A stretch of DNA of 64,000 nucleotides. Origin: Azolla caroliniana (Eukaryota > Plantae > Polypodiophyta). Position 1 is the first letter of the stretch, and every line of letters starts with the position of its first letter. Of the stretch, positions 14,401 through 26,530 are shown in pieces. The notes under the pieces were generated by a model, which ran no database searches, was not told the origin of the DNA, and saw only the letters and a list, made by a program, of their open reading frames with translations. The stretch spans positions 5,146,001 to 5,210,000 of the forward strand of contig JBHGNT010000007.1 of the NCBI GenBank assembly GCA_043228905.1, in the 5' to 3' direction. A program made the translations under genes and the position numbers.

Positions 14401-14599
14401 GCGGGGATTCCAACTTCTATTTCTTGTCTAACTTCTTGTGACATTGAGACAACAGATATCCCAATATTTGTTCTTAATGGGGGGCATTTTCCTAAGTCTT
14501 TATGTTCTACAAATCAATAGAATTTAGATATTTAGAAATTACTAAATTAGTGGGTCTATTAATATGTGATACATACGACATCTTATACAGTTTTCAATA

Positions 14600-15582
14600 G
14601 ATTTTCAAAAGAATAGATGTTTGTAGATACATTTTTCTGTGTGTATTCTTGCCTACCATAACTACTCATATCCTTGGGCTGCACTTTCATATTAACCTTC
14701 ATGTTCATGGCTAGTGAAAACATAATTTTAAACCAATTAAACGAAATACATGATTGAGCTGCACAAGTTATGAATGCCATGCGAAATACTCTAACTGAAA
14801 CTAATTGAAGCTTAATTGAATTAGCTTCCCCTTCCAATGACTACTCTTTGGGTACTCAATTACTAATAAACTAACCAAGACTAGAACTTAAATTCATACT
14901 AAGACTAGAGCTGAAAAGAGAATATTGAAAAGAGAAGACTACAACATTTTCAAAAGAATAGATGTTTGTAGATACATTTTTTTGTGTGTATTCTTGCCTA
15001 CCATAACTACTCATATCCTTGGGCTGCACTTTCATATTAACCTTCATGTTCATGGCAAGTGAAAACATAATTTAAAACCAATTAAGCGAAATACATGATT
15101 GAGCTGCACAAGCTATTAATGCCATGTGAAATACTCTAACTGAAACTAATTGAAGCTTAATTGAATTAGCCTCCCCTTTCAATGGCTGCTCTTTGGGTAC
15201 TCAATTACTAATAAACTAACCAAGACTAGAACTTAAATTCATACTAAGACTAGAACTGAAAAGAGAATATTGAAAAGAGAATATTGAAAAGAGAAGACTA
15301 CAACATTTTCAAAAGAATAGATGTTTGTAGATACATTTTTTTGTGTGTATTCTTGCCTACCATAACTACTCATATCCTTGGGCTGCACTTTCATATTAAC
15401 CTTCATGTTCATGGCAAGTGAAAAACATAATTTAAAACCAATTTAGTGAAATACATGATTGACTGCAAAACTATTAATGCCATGTGAAATACTCTAACTG
15501 AAACTAATTGAAGCTTAATTGAATTAGCCTCCCCTTTCAATGGCTGCTCTTTGGGTAATCAATTACTAATAAACTAACCAAG
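14600..15582. repeat. Three tandem copies of a ~350-bp unit inside the hAT element
   Basis: ttttcaaaagaatagatgtttgtagatac recurs at ~14602, ~14947 and ~15305, with near-identical sequence following. Confidence 0.9.
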
Positions 15583-15869
15583 CATTCTAATCAAACATGA
15601 AATCAATAAGCAAGAATACACTATTGTTTTTAGGCTAGTAGCTCCATCTTTCTCTATGCTAGTGAATGAAAACCAAAAAGAAAATGTGACTTCATTGCAT
15701 ATTAAAGTTAGAAAACTACTATCCAAGCATATGCATATTACGGTTAAACATACTTCAGACTCACAAGAATCGGGCCCAATAAAAAATTGTCTTCTATATA
15801 ACGTAGATCTTTGTTTGTTGCCTCTGTATGAAGATGATTAATTGTCTTCAAACCAAGGTTTCGATTGAT

Positions 15870-16025
15870 TCCTCGTCCTCTTTCTTCTTCTTCTTCTTCT
15901 TCCTCTTCCTCTTCCTCTTCTTGGTCTTCTTCCTCTTCCTCTTCCTCTTCTTGGTCTTCTTGTCCTTGTTCTTCCTCTTCTTGTTCATCTTCCTTCGTTT
16001 TCTTCTTCTTCTTTCTTCCTTCTTC
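15870..16025. repeat. (TTC/TCC)n low-complexity microsatellite
   Basis: Visible cttcttcttc / ttcctc runs. Confidence 0.9.
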
Positions 16026-19000
16026 ACTAAAATCGTTTTTTATTTAGGGTTTTGCATACATTTTTTTTATAAATACGTATTATACCTATTGTTTTAAAAG
16101 TACGTTAAATACTGTATTAGAAAAATTTACATGATATTTGACTGAACAACATTGACGTATAGTACGTACTATACAAAGTATGAGGCATTAGACGTATTGA
16201 TACGTTAAATACGCGTACGTAAACAACGCTGGTCTGCAGAGACATTCGAACTAAAGCCGACAATGAGTGGAAGGAGATACACACTTAGAGAAAGGAGAGC
16301 ACTGACAACATATGCCAGTCAATACATCCTCTTGATTGATGAAGGTGAGCCAGAGTGCTATGATGAAGCCATTGCCGACAAGCACAGAGAGAAATGGGTG
16401 AGCGCGATACAAGATGAGATGGATTCTTTGCATGAGAATTATACCTACGACATAGTAGAGCTGCCGAAAGGTACGAGAGCAGTTAGGAATAAATGGGTCT
16501 ACAAGGTGAAGACTGGAGAATTCAACAATGCGCCCAGGTATAAAGCCCGCATAGTAGTGAAGGGGTTCCAACAGAAAAAGGGTGTCGACTTCGACGAAAT
16601 ATTCGCTCCAGTCGTGAAGATGACATCCATTAGAATTGTTCTGAGCATTGCTGCTAGTATGGATCTAGAGACCGAACAATTGGATGTCAAGACAACATTC
16701 TTGCACAGGGAGCTGGATGAAGAGATTTACATGTAGCAACCCGAAGGTTTTGAGGAGAAAGGGAAAGAGAACCTGGTGTGTCGACTGAAGAAAAGCTTGT
16801 ATGGGTTGAAACAAGCTCCATGCCAATGGTACAGGAAGTTTGAGTCCATCATGGCGGAACATAGGTTCCAGAAAATACAAGCTGATCACTGTGTGTTCGT
16901 CAAAAGTTATGACGAAGGTGACTTCTTGATTCTCTTGTTATATGTAGATGACATGTTGATAGTCGGTCAAGATACAAGGAAGATCGGAAGCTTGAAGAAA
17001 GCTCTAGGAAAATCGTTTGCTATGAAATATCTTGGATTGGCTAAACAAATCTTAGGGATGCACATATTTCGAGATAGAACTAAGAAAGTGTTGTGGTTGT
17101 CACAAGAGAAATACATGACTAAGATCCTAAAAAGATTCAACATGTCGGAAGCAAACCTGGTCGGCTCGGTGTTACCGACTAACTACAACCTAAATGCAAA
17201 GCAATGCTCGAGAGGGGAGAAAGAAAAGGCTAAGATGAGGAAAGTACCATATGCCTCAACCGTCGGCAATCTAATGTATGCTATGGTCTGCACGAGACCA
17301 AACATAGCTTTTGTTGTGGGAACAGTAAGCCGATACATGAATAATCCAGGACAAGAACACTAGGCAACGGTAAAATGGATACTCAGGTACTTAAAAGGCA
17401 CATCGGGTGTGTGTCTTAAGTATGGTGTTGGAAAACCCATGCTCGAAGGGTGTAGACTCAACCGATCCACGTCAGGGTACATGATGACCTATGCAGGGGG
17501 AGTAGTGTCATGACAATCACGATTGTAGAAGTCTGTGGCCTTGTCGACCACAGAGATAGAGTACATGGCAACGGTAGAGGCCGACAAGGAGCTGATTTGG
17601 ATGAGAAACTTTCTCAACGAGTTGGGGATGAAGCAAAGGGATTTCTTGCTTCATTGTGACAACTAGAGTGCCATACATCGAACCATGAATGTTGCATACC
17701 ACTCCCGGACCAAGCACATACAAAGAAGGTATGATTGGTTACGGGAGAAAGTCCAAGAAGGAGAGTTTACCCTCATGAAGAACCTACTGATGGACCGACT
17801 TAGAGTCTGTTGACAGAGGACATGAATAGCGGATTCCTCCCAATAGGAGTGAAAGGTGAGTTTGTAAGGAATATGTCCCTCCAGTGGGAGGAGCCGACTG
17901 CTCGGAGAGAACCGACAATCGAAGACAGGGAGCAGCCGATTGATCGGATGAGAGCTAACGATTGAGGAGTCGACTCAGAGAGAGTTGATTGAGGTTGAAG
18001 AAACGACTGGTTAGTTGGGCCGATTGGATGGTTGATGACCAAGCCGACTAGTCGGACTGACCCGATAGTCGACGAATGAATTAGCTGATTAGTATGACTA
18101 TTATTATTATTGGATAATAACAATGACCATGATTGTAAATAACCCATTTTGTGTATTAGTATAAATACACCTAGGGCAAACAGAACATGAAGATATATAT
18201 GGGTGAGCCTCTATAGCGTAGCGCAATAGAGAAGAGAGTGTGTGGGAGCGTGAGTGAGTGAGCGGCGCCATAGCTGTGTTTTAGAAATAGCATACGCCAA
18301 GATCCCTTTGAGGTTGTTTACACTCTGTGTAGAGAGTGTTGTACTCTGATCTTGTTGTTGTATATCCATTGTATAGTGAAGCTCCGTTCTTCGTTGTTTT
18401 CTCCCGCTTTAAGGTTTTCCACATTAAATCTGTATACATTGTTTTTTGTGTTTCAGAGTTGTGTATTTCAACATATTCCTTTTCTTGTGGATTGACGATT
18501 CGTTTCTCAACACACTTTGTACCTTGGTGGATTTCCGACATCTTCCGGTTTCAGCTTGTACACCCACTTGTTCCGGAGTGTTCTCTTTCCTTTCGGCAGC
18601 TTTGTCAATTCATATGTGTGGTTCTCATGCAGGGAATCCATCTCATCCTGCATGGCGCTTAACCACTTGCGGTTGTGGGTGTCTTTCTTTGCTTCTTCGA
18701 AGCTTTCCTGCTCTGCATCCAGGAATCTCCGGAGGCCTCTTCTCTCCCTAAGATGATATCTTCTTCCTTGGTTCATATCCACCAGTTCCACCATTTGTTC
18801 TTCATCCGAATCTGATTCGGGGTCTTGTCTGCCTCTGGTGTCCAATTCTGCTTCTTCGGCCGATTCTGTCTCTTGTCTGACTCTGGCCGGTTCTTCGAGT
18901 GTTATCCGGCTTCTGGCCGGATGGGTTCCGTTGGTCGATCTGGAGTCTGGTATCTTCTTCTTTGACTCCTAGTCGGAAATACTCTTGTCTTCCATGAAGA

Positions 19001-19934
19001 TTATGTCTCGACTCCGCAACACCTTCTTGTCGACCAAGTCCCACACTTGGTATCCAAACTCATCATCGCCGTATCCAAGGAATATGCATGGCCTGGACTT
19101 TGGATCCAACTTTGCTCTCATGTCCTTTGCAACATGCATGCAAGCGAGACAACCAAGCACCTTTAGATGCCGGTAAGATACGTCTTTATTGGTCCATATT
19201 TTCTGTGGTGAGTCTCCTTCCAAGGGCGCTGAGGGTGATCTGTTTATCACATAGGTCGCTGTCATTAGCGCCTCAACCCAAAACATCTTGGATAACTTTG
19301 CATGTGCTAGCATGCTCCAAACTCTCTCCATTATGGTTTGGTTCATCCTTTCGGCCAATCTGTTCAGCTTCGGTGTCTTCGGCATGGTGAATTCGAGCCG
19401 GATTCCCTTCGACTGACAATACTCCTCAAACTGCCCTTGGTATTCTCCTTCATTGTCCGCTCAAACTGCCTTCAACTTTCAACCGGTTTCCCTTTCTACT
19501 CTCGCGTGGAATTCCTTGAAGACGGATAATACCTGGTCCTTCATCTTCAATGGCGAGACCCATAGCTTTCGGTTGTGGTTGTCTATGAATGTCACGAAGT
19601 ACTGCGATTCAGAATGTGACTTCATGTCCACTTGGCATACATTGGTATGCACAAGTTCCAGTCGGGCATTCCGTCTTATCGGTGGCCTTGAATGGAAAGA
19701 GGTTCGGTTTTGCTTGCCTACCAAGAAATCGATGAACTTCTCAAGATGCACGTCTTTCACCTCCAGAATGAGGTTATCTTCGGCAAGACTTCTCATCCAT
19801 TTCTGGCTCATGTGACACAACCTCTTGTGCCATAGCTCACCGGCATTTTCGGATGCCACGTTCACTTCTTCCTGGCATATCTGGGTGTGCATCAGGTACA
19901 TAGTGTTGATCTTCTAGGCTCAGGCCACGATTAG

Positions 19935-20369
19935 TGTTACCGGCCGGCCAAGGAGTCCAGAGTGGGAAACGGGGAGTTATTTAAGTAGTAGGAATGTGGT
20001 TGTAATTAAGCTATGAGTGTGGACGGACGGACCGGAATCGGTATGCCGTTCCGGATCTGGACTGATCCCGAACAGGTGCGGATGGCACCGTTTTGTAATA
20101 CAGACCGGAAACCTATTTAAAGGCCCGGATACAATGTAATCAATAGCAATTAATTAATAGAAGTTTAGCGTTGTTATCTCTCTGTGTTAATTGCCGTTCT
20201 GTCTTAATTGTTATATTTTACGCGTGTAATTATGAAGGACGATCATGCTAAGTAACTTAATTAAGTCGGATTAAGCGTTGAGTCTAATCCGGTTGCCGTA
20301 ACACCCTTTGGTGAAGTGTCTTCTGTAGACACCCTGTGTTAGGCCATTGTCCGGCCCGAAGAGTTAACA
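19935..20369 (+). mobile_element. Solo LTR inside copia B, flanked by a 70-bp direct duplication
   Basis: TGTTA...TAACA ends, TATA-like tatttaaa ~20114; host 19865-19934 repeated at 20370-20439. Confidence 0.8.
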
Positions 20370-21746
20370 CTTCTTCCTGGCATATCCGGGTGTGCATCAG
20401 GTACATAGTGTTGATCTTCCAGGCTCAGGCCACGATTAGGCTCCCTTTGCAAAACTTCATGACTCCATTCCGGATGCTACCTATGTAGCTTTCATCATCC
20501 AACCGACCGACTGATATCAGGTTCAACCGAACCTCTGGATTGTGGTAGACATCCTTCAACAGCAACTTGCACCTGATTGACGTCATCAATCACACGTCTC
20601 CTATGTCGATAATTTGGCATGCACCTTCATTTCCCATCCGGACAGAACCGTGATCTCCGACTCTATATGATGAGACGCATTTCCGGTCGGGGGTTAGATG
20701 GAACGACGCTGCGGAGTCGACCGCCCATGTTGTCTCATCACTCACAAGATGCATCTCACTCTCCTCGGTGATTAGCAGCAATTCTTCCTCACTTGTCGTG
20801 ATCGTCGACGTTCCTCTCCTTTCCGAAATCTTCTTTAGTTCGGGAATGTCAACTCCCCCTTTGGCTTTCCAGAAGTGTCGGAAGTTCTTCTAGAAGTTCC
20901 CCGACTTTCCGCAATAAAAGCACGTGGACCTCCCCCTTTACTTCAACCTCGTCCCCGATTTGTCCCGATTTTGGGGACTCCGATTCCGACCTCTTCCCCG
21001 GTTATGGCCGTCTTCCGTAACCAAGGCCTTCAGATCGTTCCGGACTCTTGATCCTTCCGGTGAGCTTCTTCATCTAGCAAGCTCGACTTTACTCTTGTTA
21101 TGGACGAATGCTTTCCTTTCGGCCCGGCATTGCCCAAAGTGACAACTAGCGTCTCCCAACTATCCGGGAGGAAATTGAGTAGGAGCAACACAAGTACCTC
21201 ATCGGCTAGAGGTACTTCCAACAAGGTTGTTTGATTTATTTATGAGCCCCTGGAATGCATTCATGTGCTCCACCATGCTGCATCCGTCTTGGTACCGGAG
21301 TCTCACTAACTTCCAGAATACCGAAACCCTATTTACAACATTTTCCCTCTCTAGCATGGTGTCAATTTTCTCCCAGAGCACATGAGCCTTGCTCTCTTCA
21401 TTGATGTTGTTCTATAGGCCCATGTCGATGAAGCACCAGATGTATGTCGTTGTCTTCATATGCATCACCTCCCACATCGTGGCATCGATCTTGTCCGGTT
21501 TTTTGTCCCCGAACTGTACCGGCAGCCAGAGATCTTTGACCACGAGCATGTCCCTCATCTTCGACTTCCACACTGGGTATTTGGAGCCGGTGAGCTTCAA
21601 CATGCTTCCGAATGACTCTTCCATTTTTCTTTCTTAGTTTGAAGTTTAAAACTTTGCTCTGATACGAGTTTGTGCGGAATAACGCTCGCCCACAACCGAA
21701 TATTAAACACTTAATGGATGAAAGTAGGAATTAGAAATGAGATTAA

Positions 21747-22410
21747 TGTGAAGATACAATGCCATAAAATATATAGTTGATGAGGATTGAACTTGCAACC
21801 TCACATCAACAATACATCATGCTCAACCATCTTCATATGATCATTGCATAAAATATATTTGATCTAGATATCATTATATAAGATGTGCATGATCTAGGTA
21901 TACTCTCTAGACATCTAGAAAGTTCTAGAAAGTTCCAAGGTTCTAGAAGGTTCTAGAATATTCTAATGCATGTCCTTCAACTTAGAGTATAAATACTTGT
22001 AACCATCTTGGTCCCTTTCAAGGGATTCAACGCCAGTCATTGACACATCAATCTAGTATTCTTGTTTAGCCCCATCTTCTCTCCTTGATTTACAAGAATA
22101 CTAGATTGATGTGTCAATGACTGGAGATGAATCCCTTGAAAGGAACCAAGATGGTTACAAGTATTTATACTCTAAGTTGAAGTACATGCATTAGAATATT
22201 CTAGAACCTTCTAGAACCTTGGAACTTTCTAGAACTTTCTAGATGTCTAGAGAGTATACCTAGATCATGTATATATTATATAATGATATGTAGATCAAAT
22301 ATATCTTATGTAATGCTCATATCAAGATGGTTGAGCATGATGTATTGTTGATGTGAGGTTGCAAGTTCAATCCTCATGAACTATATATTTTATGTCATTG
22401 TATCATCTCA
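21747..22410. mobile_element. Foldback element made of two inverted U3/R halves of one LTR family
   Basis: ~320-bp arms are reverse complements; TG...CA ends; direct 5-bp TSD attaa (21742-21746 / 22411-22415); sequence matches the LTR at 25000-25517. Confidence 0.9.
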
Positions 22411-22601
22411 ATTAATGCACTTACACAGTATGAGACGACACCGGATGTTTACGAGGAAAACCCTAATAGGGAAAAACCACGGGAGCCCAAAGAGTCCAAC
22501 TATCCCTATGAGAAGAGGATACAAAGGGAGACTCAAAGGTAATGACCTCGAGCTGTATGTCTTTGTCAACCGGTGTATACAAGAGAAAAGCTTTATGTAT
22601 C

Positions 22602-22638
<37 letters not shown>

Positions 22639-22872
22639 ACAATAGTAATAGCAACTCATATGACAACATACACATAAGTGGTTGCCATAAGTCATATTTA
22701 TACTTATATGACTTTAGGACTATTTACAAAGATGGCCATGACAGGCCCTCTAGAAACATATTTACAGATATGTCCCTAGATCCGGTTCACACCGGATTCA
22801 TCCGGATCCGTCCGGTCCGGTTCCTTCCTTCGGCTCGTTCGGTTCTCATCCGGAGGGACCGAATTCCCAACA

Positions 22873-23379
22873 CTATCAGAGGGTTCAAGACCTGCAATAG
22901 AAACAGGTTGTTTTCGGATTGCCGAAATTTAGTGGCCGGAAGGCCCAAATATGTGAAGCCTACCAACTCGGGAAGCAACACCGGATTCCGTTCCCCATCG
23001 AAAGAAACCGGAGTAGAAACAAGCTCGACTTGATACATTCGGATGTATGGGGACCAACACAGAACGTTAGTCTTGGCGGGAGCGAATATTTTGTCTCCTT
23101 CATTGACAACTACAACCGGCAGACGTGGATCTATCTCATTGAGAAGAAACGCGAAGTCTTCGACTGTTTTCGGAACCTACAAAGTCTTGTTGGACGGGAA
23201 AAGGAGAGAAAGATCAAGTGCCTGCGGTTAGATGGTGGAAAAGAATACTTTCCCGGCCAATTCAACAATTATCTGCAGCAAAAAGGAATTCGGAGGGAAT
23301 TCAGTTGTAGATACACAGAGGAACAAAACGGTGTGGCCGAAAGAAAGAACCGGTCGATTTTCGAGGCGGCATGGGCAAT
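22873..23379 (+). mobile_element. Ty1/copia element C, GAG-pre-integrase and integrase core
   Basis: CEAYQLGKQHR, LIHSDVWGP, LRLDGGKEY, QNGVAERKNR. Confidence 0.9.
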
Positions 23380-23618
23380 TGTGACGATACAATGACATAA
23401 AATATATAGTTGATGTGAATTGAACCTTGGAACTTTCTAGAACTTTCTAGATGTCTAGAGAGTATACCTAGATCATGTACATCTTATATAATGATATGTA
23501 GATCAAATATATCTTACGCAATGCGTATATCAAGATGGTTGAGCATGATGTATTGTTGATATGAGGTTGCAAGTTCAATCCCCATAAACTATATATTTTA
23601 TGTCATTGTATCGTCACA
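23380..23618. mobile_element. Chimeric head-to-head LTR junction (inversion breakpoint)
   Basis: ~45 bp of U3 start in + orientation fused through a gaac microhomology to ~190 bp of U3 in - orientation; TGTGAC...GTCACA ends. Confidence 0.8.
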
Positions 23619-24999
23619 GATTTCAGCGAGTTCGGGTTCGGTGATGACTAGATCATCCACATATAGTAGGATAGATATCGGACCGTCTGGACCTTTCTGG
23701 ATGAACAGTGAAGAGTTCGACTTCGAGGTTGCAAACCCCATCTTACGCAATCGATGTGTGATCTTCGAATTTCAAGCACGGGGGGCTTGCTTCAGGTTGT
23801 AAAGTGACTTCTTGATTCGGCACACTGCAACTTGTTCATCTACTACCGAAATCCGGGGGGTTGGATCATGTAGACTTGTTCTTCAAGATCACCTTGAAGA
23901 AACACATTCTTCACGTCCATTTGGTGAAGATTCCATCCCCTTGCCGCAGCAACCACCAAGACCACACGAACCGTTGGCATCTTCGCTACTAGAGCAAAGG
24001 TCTCGTCGTAGTCGATTCCGTGGGGCACTAACCAGGCCTTGTACCAGTTGACTGAACCGTCAGCATTGTACTTCACCTTTTACACCCACTTGCAACCGAT
24101 TGGTTTGAATGTCGGGGAGAGTCAACCAAGTTGTGTGTGTCATTGGCATCGAGTGCCCGCATCTCTTCCTCCATAGAGGCACGCCAATGTGCGTCCTTTG
24201 CCGCTTCTGCATAGCTCTTTGGCTCACGCACCTCTGCCACTTTCGTCATGTATGCATAGTGACGTGCCATGTATTCGTTATAACCATATTGCTTCACGGG
24301 GTTCTTCTGGCGGGTGGATCAACGTAACTTCTCGTTAGCCGATTTCAAGGCCCTCTTGGTCAACTCGAACTTTGTCTCCGAAGATCCTTCTTCGTTCTTT
24401 CCGGAGTCAGATTCGCTCCATTCTGACTCATCTCTTCCGGTGTCGTATTCTAGCATCTTCTTCTTATTATGCGGGGACAACACGATTGAGTCTCCACTAC
24501 TCGCCCGCTCGTCATCTGACTGGTCGTTCCGACTCAGTCGCTTGTTCAGCCCGCTCAGTCGAAATGAAATCGGACTCTCATCAAGAGTACCAAAGTCTTC
24601 TTCTTCTTCTGCCCGGATTGTTTCCGGCGCACTGACCTCATTTTCTGGAATCGGGTCGGAGTCGGTATAGAGTACCATGATGCCGACTCATCAAATTCGA
24701 CATCTTGGCTCACTCGAACTTGTTTTGTTCAGGGGTTATAGCACTTATAACCCTTTTGCTCATGTGAGTAGTCGACAAGGAAAACTTCTCCGACTTCAGG
24801 TTCAACTTCCTCCTCTTCTCATCCGGCACATGCACATAGGCAATGCTACCAAATATTCTAAGGTGCCTTAAATTTGTCTTCCGTCCGAAATATAGCTTGT
24901 GTGCCAACACCTTATCCTCGATCCGGTTTTGGATGTAGACGACGTCCGGACTGCTTCGGCCCAGTAGAACTTGGGCATGCTCTTCTCTTCCAACATTGC
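23619..24999 (-). mobile_element. Ty1/copia element C continued (integrase C-terminus to RT), inverted
   Basis: Minus strand from 24999 reads AMLEEKSMPKFYWAEAV, the direct continuation of the 23379 integrase; then [16 protein letters not shown] and LLYVDDL-type RT motifs. Confidence 0.9.
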
Positions 25000-25564
25000 T
25001 GTCACGGACACACCAACCCTAGACTACGACAAAGCATACATGACGAGGCTACAACAATAAGGTTATGAATGTGGAACTCGAAATGATGAGGATAGAAACT
25101 CGGGAAGTTGGGAGCGATGAGATGAGGAACTTAAGACACTAGGAACAATACAAGAGAATAAAGACAGAGATGTAAATCAAGGAGAGAAGATGGGGCTAAA
25201 CAAGAATACTAGATTGATGTGTCAATGACTGGGGATGAATCCCTTGAAAGAGACCAAGATGGTTATAAGTATTTATACTCTAAGTTGAAGTACATGAATT
25301 AGAATATTCTAGAACCTTCTAGAACCTTGGAACATTCTAGAACATTCTAGATGTCTAGAGAGTATACCTAGATCATGTACATCTTATATAATGATATGTA
25401 GATCAAATATATCTTATGCAATGCTCATATCAAAATGGTTGAGCATGATGTATCATTGGTGTGAGGTCGCAAGTTCAATCCTCATCAACTATATACTTCA
25501 TGTCATTGTATCATCACATTATCCTCCCCTTTATGACCGCCTTTTCGAAAGCGTGGTGTAGGGG

Positions 25565-26012
25565 TGAGCGGAGACTGGAACACCAATGGACGTGAGTGAT
25601 CATGTGTAGTCCTCACCGGGAATTGGAACACCAACGGACATGAGCGACCATGTGCGGTCCTCACCGGGAACTGGAACACCAACGAACTTGAGCGACCATG
25701 TACGATCCTCATCGAGAACTGGAACACCAATGGGCGTGAGCAACCTTGTGCGGTCCCCACCCGGAACACAAACACCAACAGGCGTGAGCGATCCTGTGTG
25801 ATCCTCACTAGAGACACGAACACCAACTAGCGTGAGCGACCATGTGAGGTCCTCATCGGGAACACGAACACCAAAGGGCGTGAGCGACCATGCGCGGTCA
25901 TCACCGGGAATCAGAACATGAACGAGCGTGAGCAACCATGTGTGGTCCTCATCGAAGATACGAACACCAACGGATGTGAGGGACCATGTGTGGTCCTCAC
26001 CGGGAACTCGAA
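25565..26012. repeat. 48-bp minisatellite, ~9 copies
   Basis: Unit ~tcaccgggaactggaacaccaacggacgtgagcgaccatgtgcggtcc recurs at a 48-bp period (~25612, 25660, 25708 ... 25996). Confidence 0.9.
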
Positions 26013-26199
26013 CACTTGACGTCGACGAAGGCTAGGCAAAGTAGTGTTGATGATGACACCAAGAGGTGTTGAAGATGATGATGCCGAAGACGAAGCAATG
26101 AAGACAATGATGTTGAGGAAGCGTCTCTGGAAGCAATTACCGTGACAATGGCAATGATGGAAACTAAGAAATAGATGAAGAGGATAAGAAACACAATGA

Positions 26200-26530
26200 T
26201 CAAGACGTTGAGCATAAAAAGAAACACAAAGACAGAGATATAAAGGATGATAGAAAACATAGTGACAGGGACGAAGATGATAAGAAACACATAGATAGAG
26301 ATGAAAATGACAAGAAACACAGGGAGAAGGATGACAATGACAAAAAATGTAGAGATAGGGATGTGGAAGATGATAAGAAGTGCAAAGATAGGGATGATGA
26401 TGATAAGAAACATAGAGATAGATATGTGGAGGATGAGAAGAAACTAAAAGATAGAGACGATGATGGGAAGAAACTAAGTGATAGAGATGTCAAGGAAGAT
26501 AGGAAACGAAAGGATGTTGATGACGGTAAC
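26200..26530. repeat. Degenerate 30-33-bp purine-rich tandem repeat
   Basis: gatgataagaaacacatagatagagat-like units, giving DDKKHRDRD periodicity in translation. Confidence 0.7.

Larger units (their letters stand above)
7382..14405 (+). mobile_element. Ty3/gypsy retrotransposon (non-chromovirus), 5' LTR 7382-7830, 3' LTR missing
   Basis: LTR TGTT...AACA with TATA ~7501; PBS-like tggcacgc ~7835. Gag with CCHC knuckles, protease VIDGGSGVN, RT FLDDF, RNaseH DAS...TEREG, integrase HCG..GH / WGLDFVGP / YPQANG. Order PR-RT-RH-INT. Confidence 0.95.
6597..16231. mobile_element. Non-autonomous hAT-type DNA transposon, itself hosting a gypsy insertion
   Basis: 8-bp TSD gtctgtag (6589-6596) / gtctgcag (16232-16239). 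Imperfect TIRs catggttgtt..gtacg / cgtac..aacaacgctg. Dense subterminal atacgt motifs at both ends. Removing it restores the copia frame (PRVESAETFELKP). Confidence 0.85.
5796..18512 (+). mobile_element. Ty1/copia element A (5'-truncated; integrase, RT, RNaseH, probable 3' LTR 17808-18512), interrupted by hAT element
   Basis: Integrase TDNGGEY...AERMNQTI (5849-6596) resumes after the hAT TSD at 16240. RT KWVYK, LYGLKQAP, LLYVDDML and RNaseH HTKHI-like motifs follow. LTR-like TGTTGA...TCAACA with tataaata at ~18160. Confidence 0.9.
18513..22872 (-). mobile_element. Ty1/copia element B (5' LTR ~21671-22872, PBS, gag, protease, integrase, start of RT)
   Basis: Reverse Met-tRNA PBS gctctgatacga (~21656-21667). 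Gag MEESFGSMLKLTGSKYPVWKSKMRD, protease WAVDSAASFH, LWHKRLCH, integrase, RT KWVYK. Cut at 18513 by element A. Confidence 0.9.

Noticed and set aside
15828-16097. Poly-Phe and poly-Ser ORFs
   Set aside because: Translation of a TTC microsatellite.
5541-22872. LTR at 5541 as the 3' LTR partner of copia B
   Set aside because: It does not match the 21671-22872 LTR beyond a few bases, and no matching TSD (ctatc) is present.
25565-26012. Regularly spaced repeats resembling a CRISPR array
   Set aside because: Units are contiguous 48-bp tandem copies with no unique spacers, there are no cas genes, and the context is a eukaryotic LTR element.
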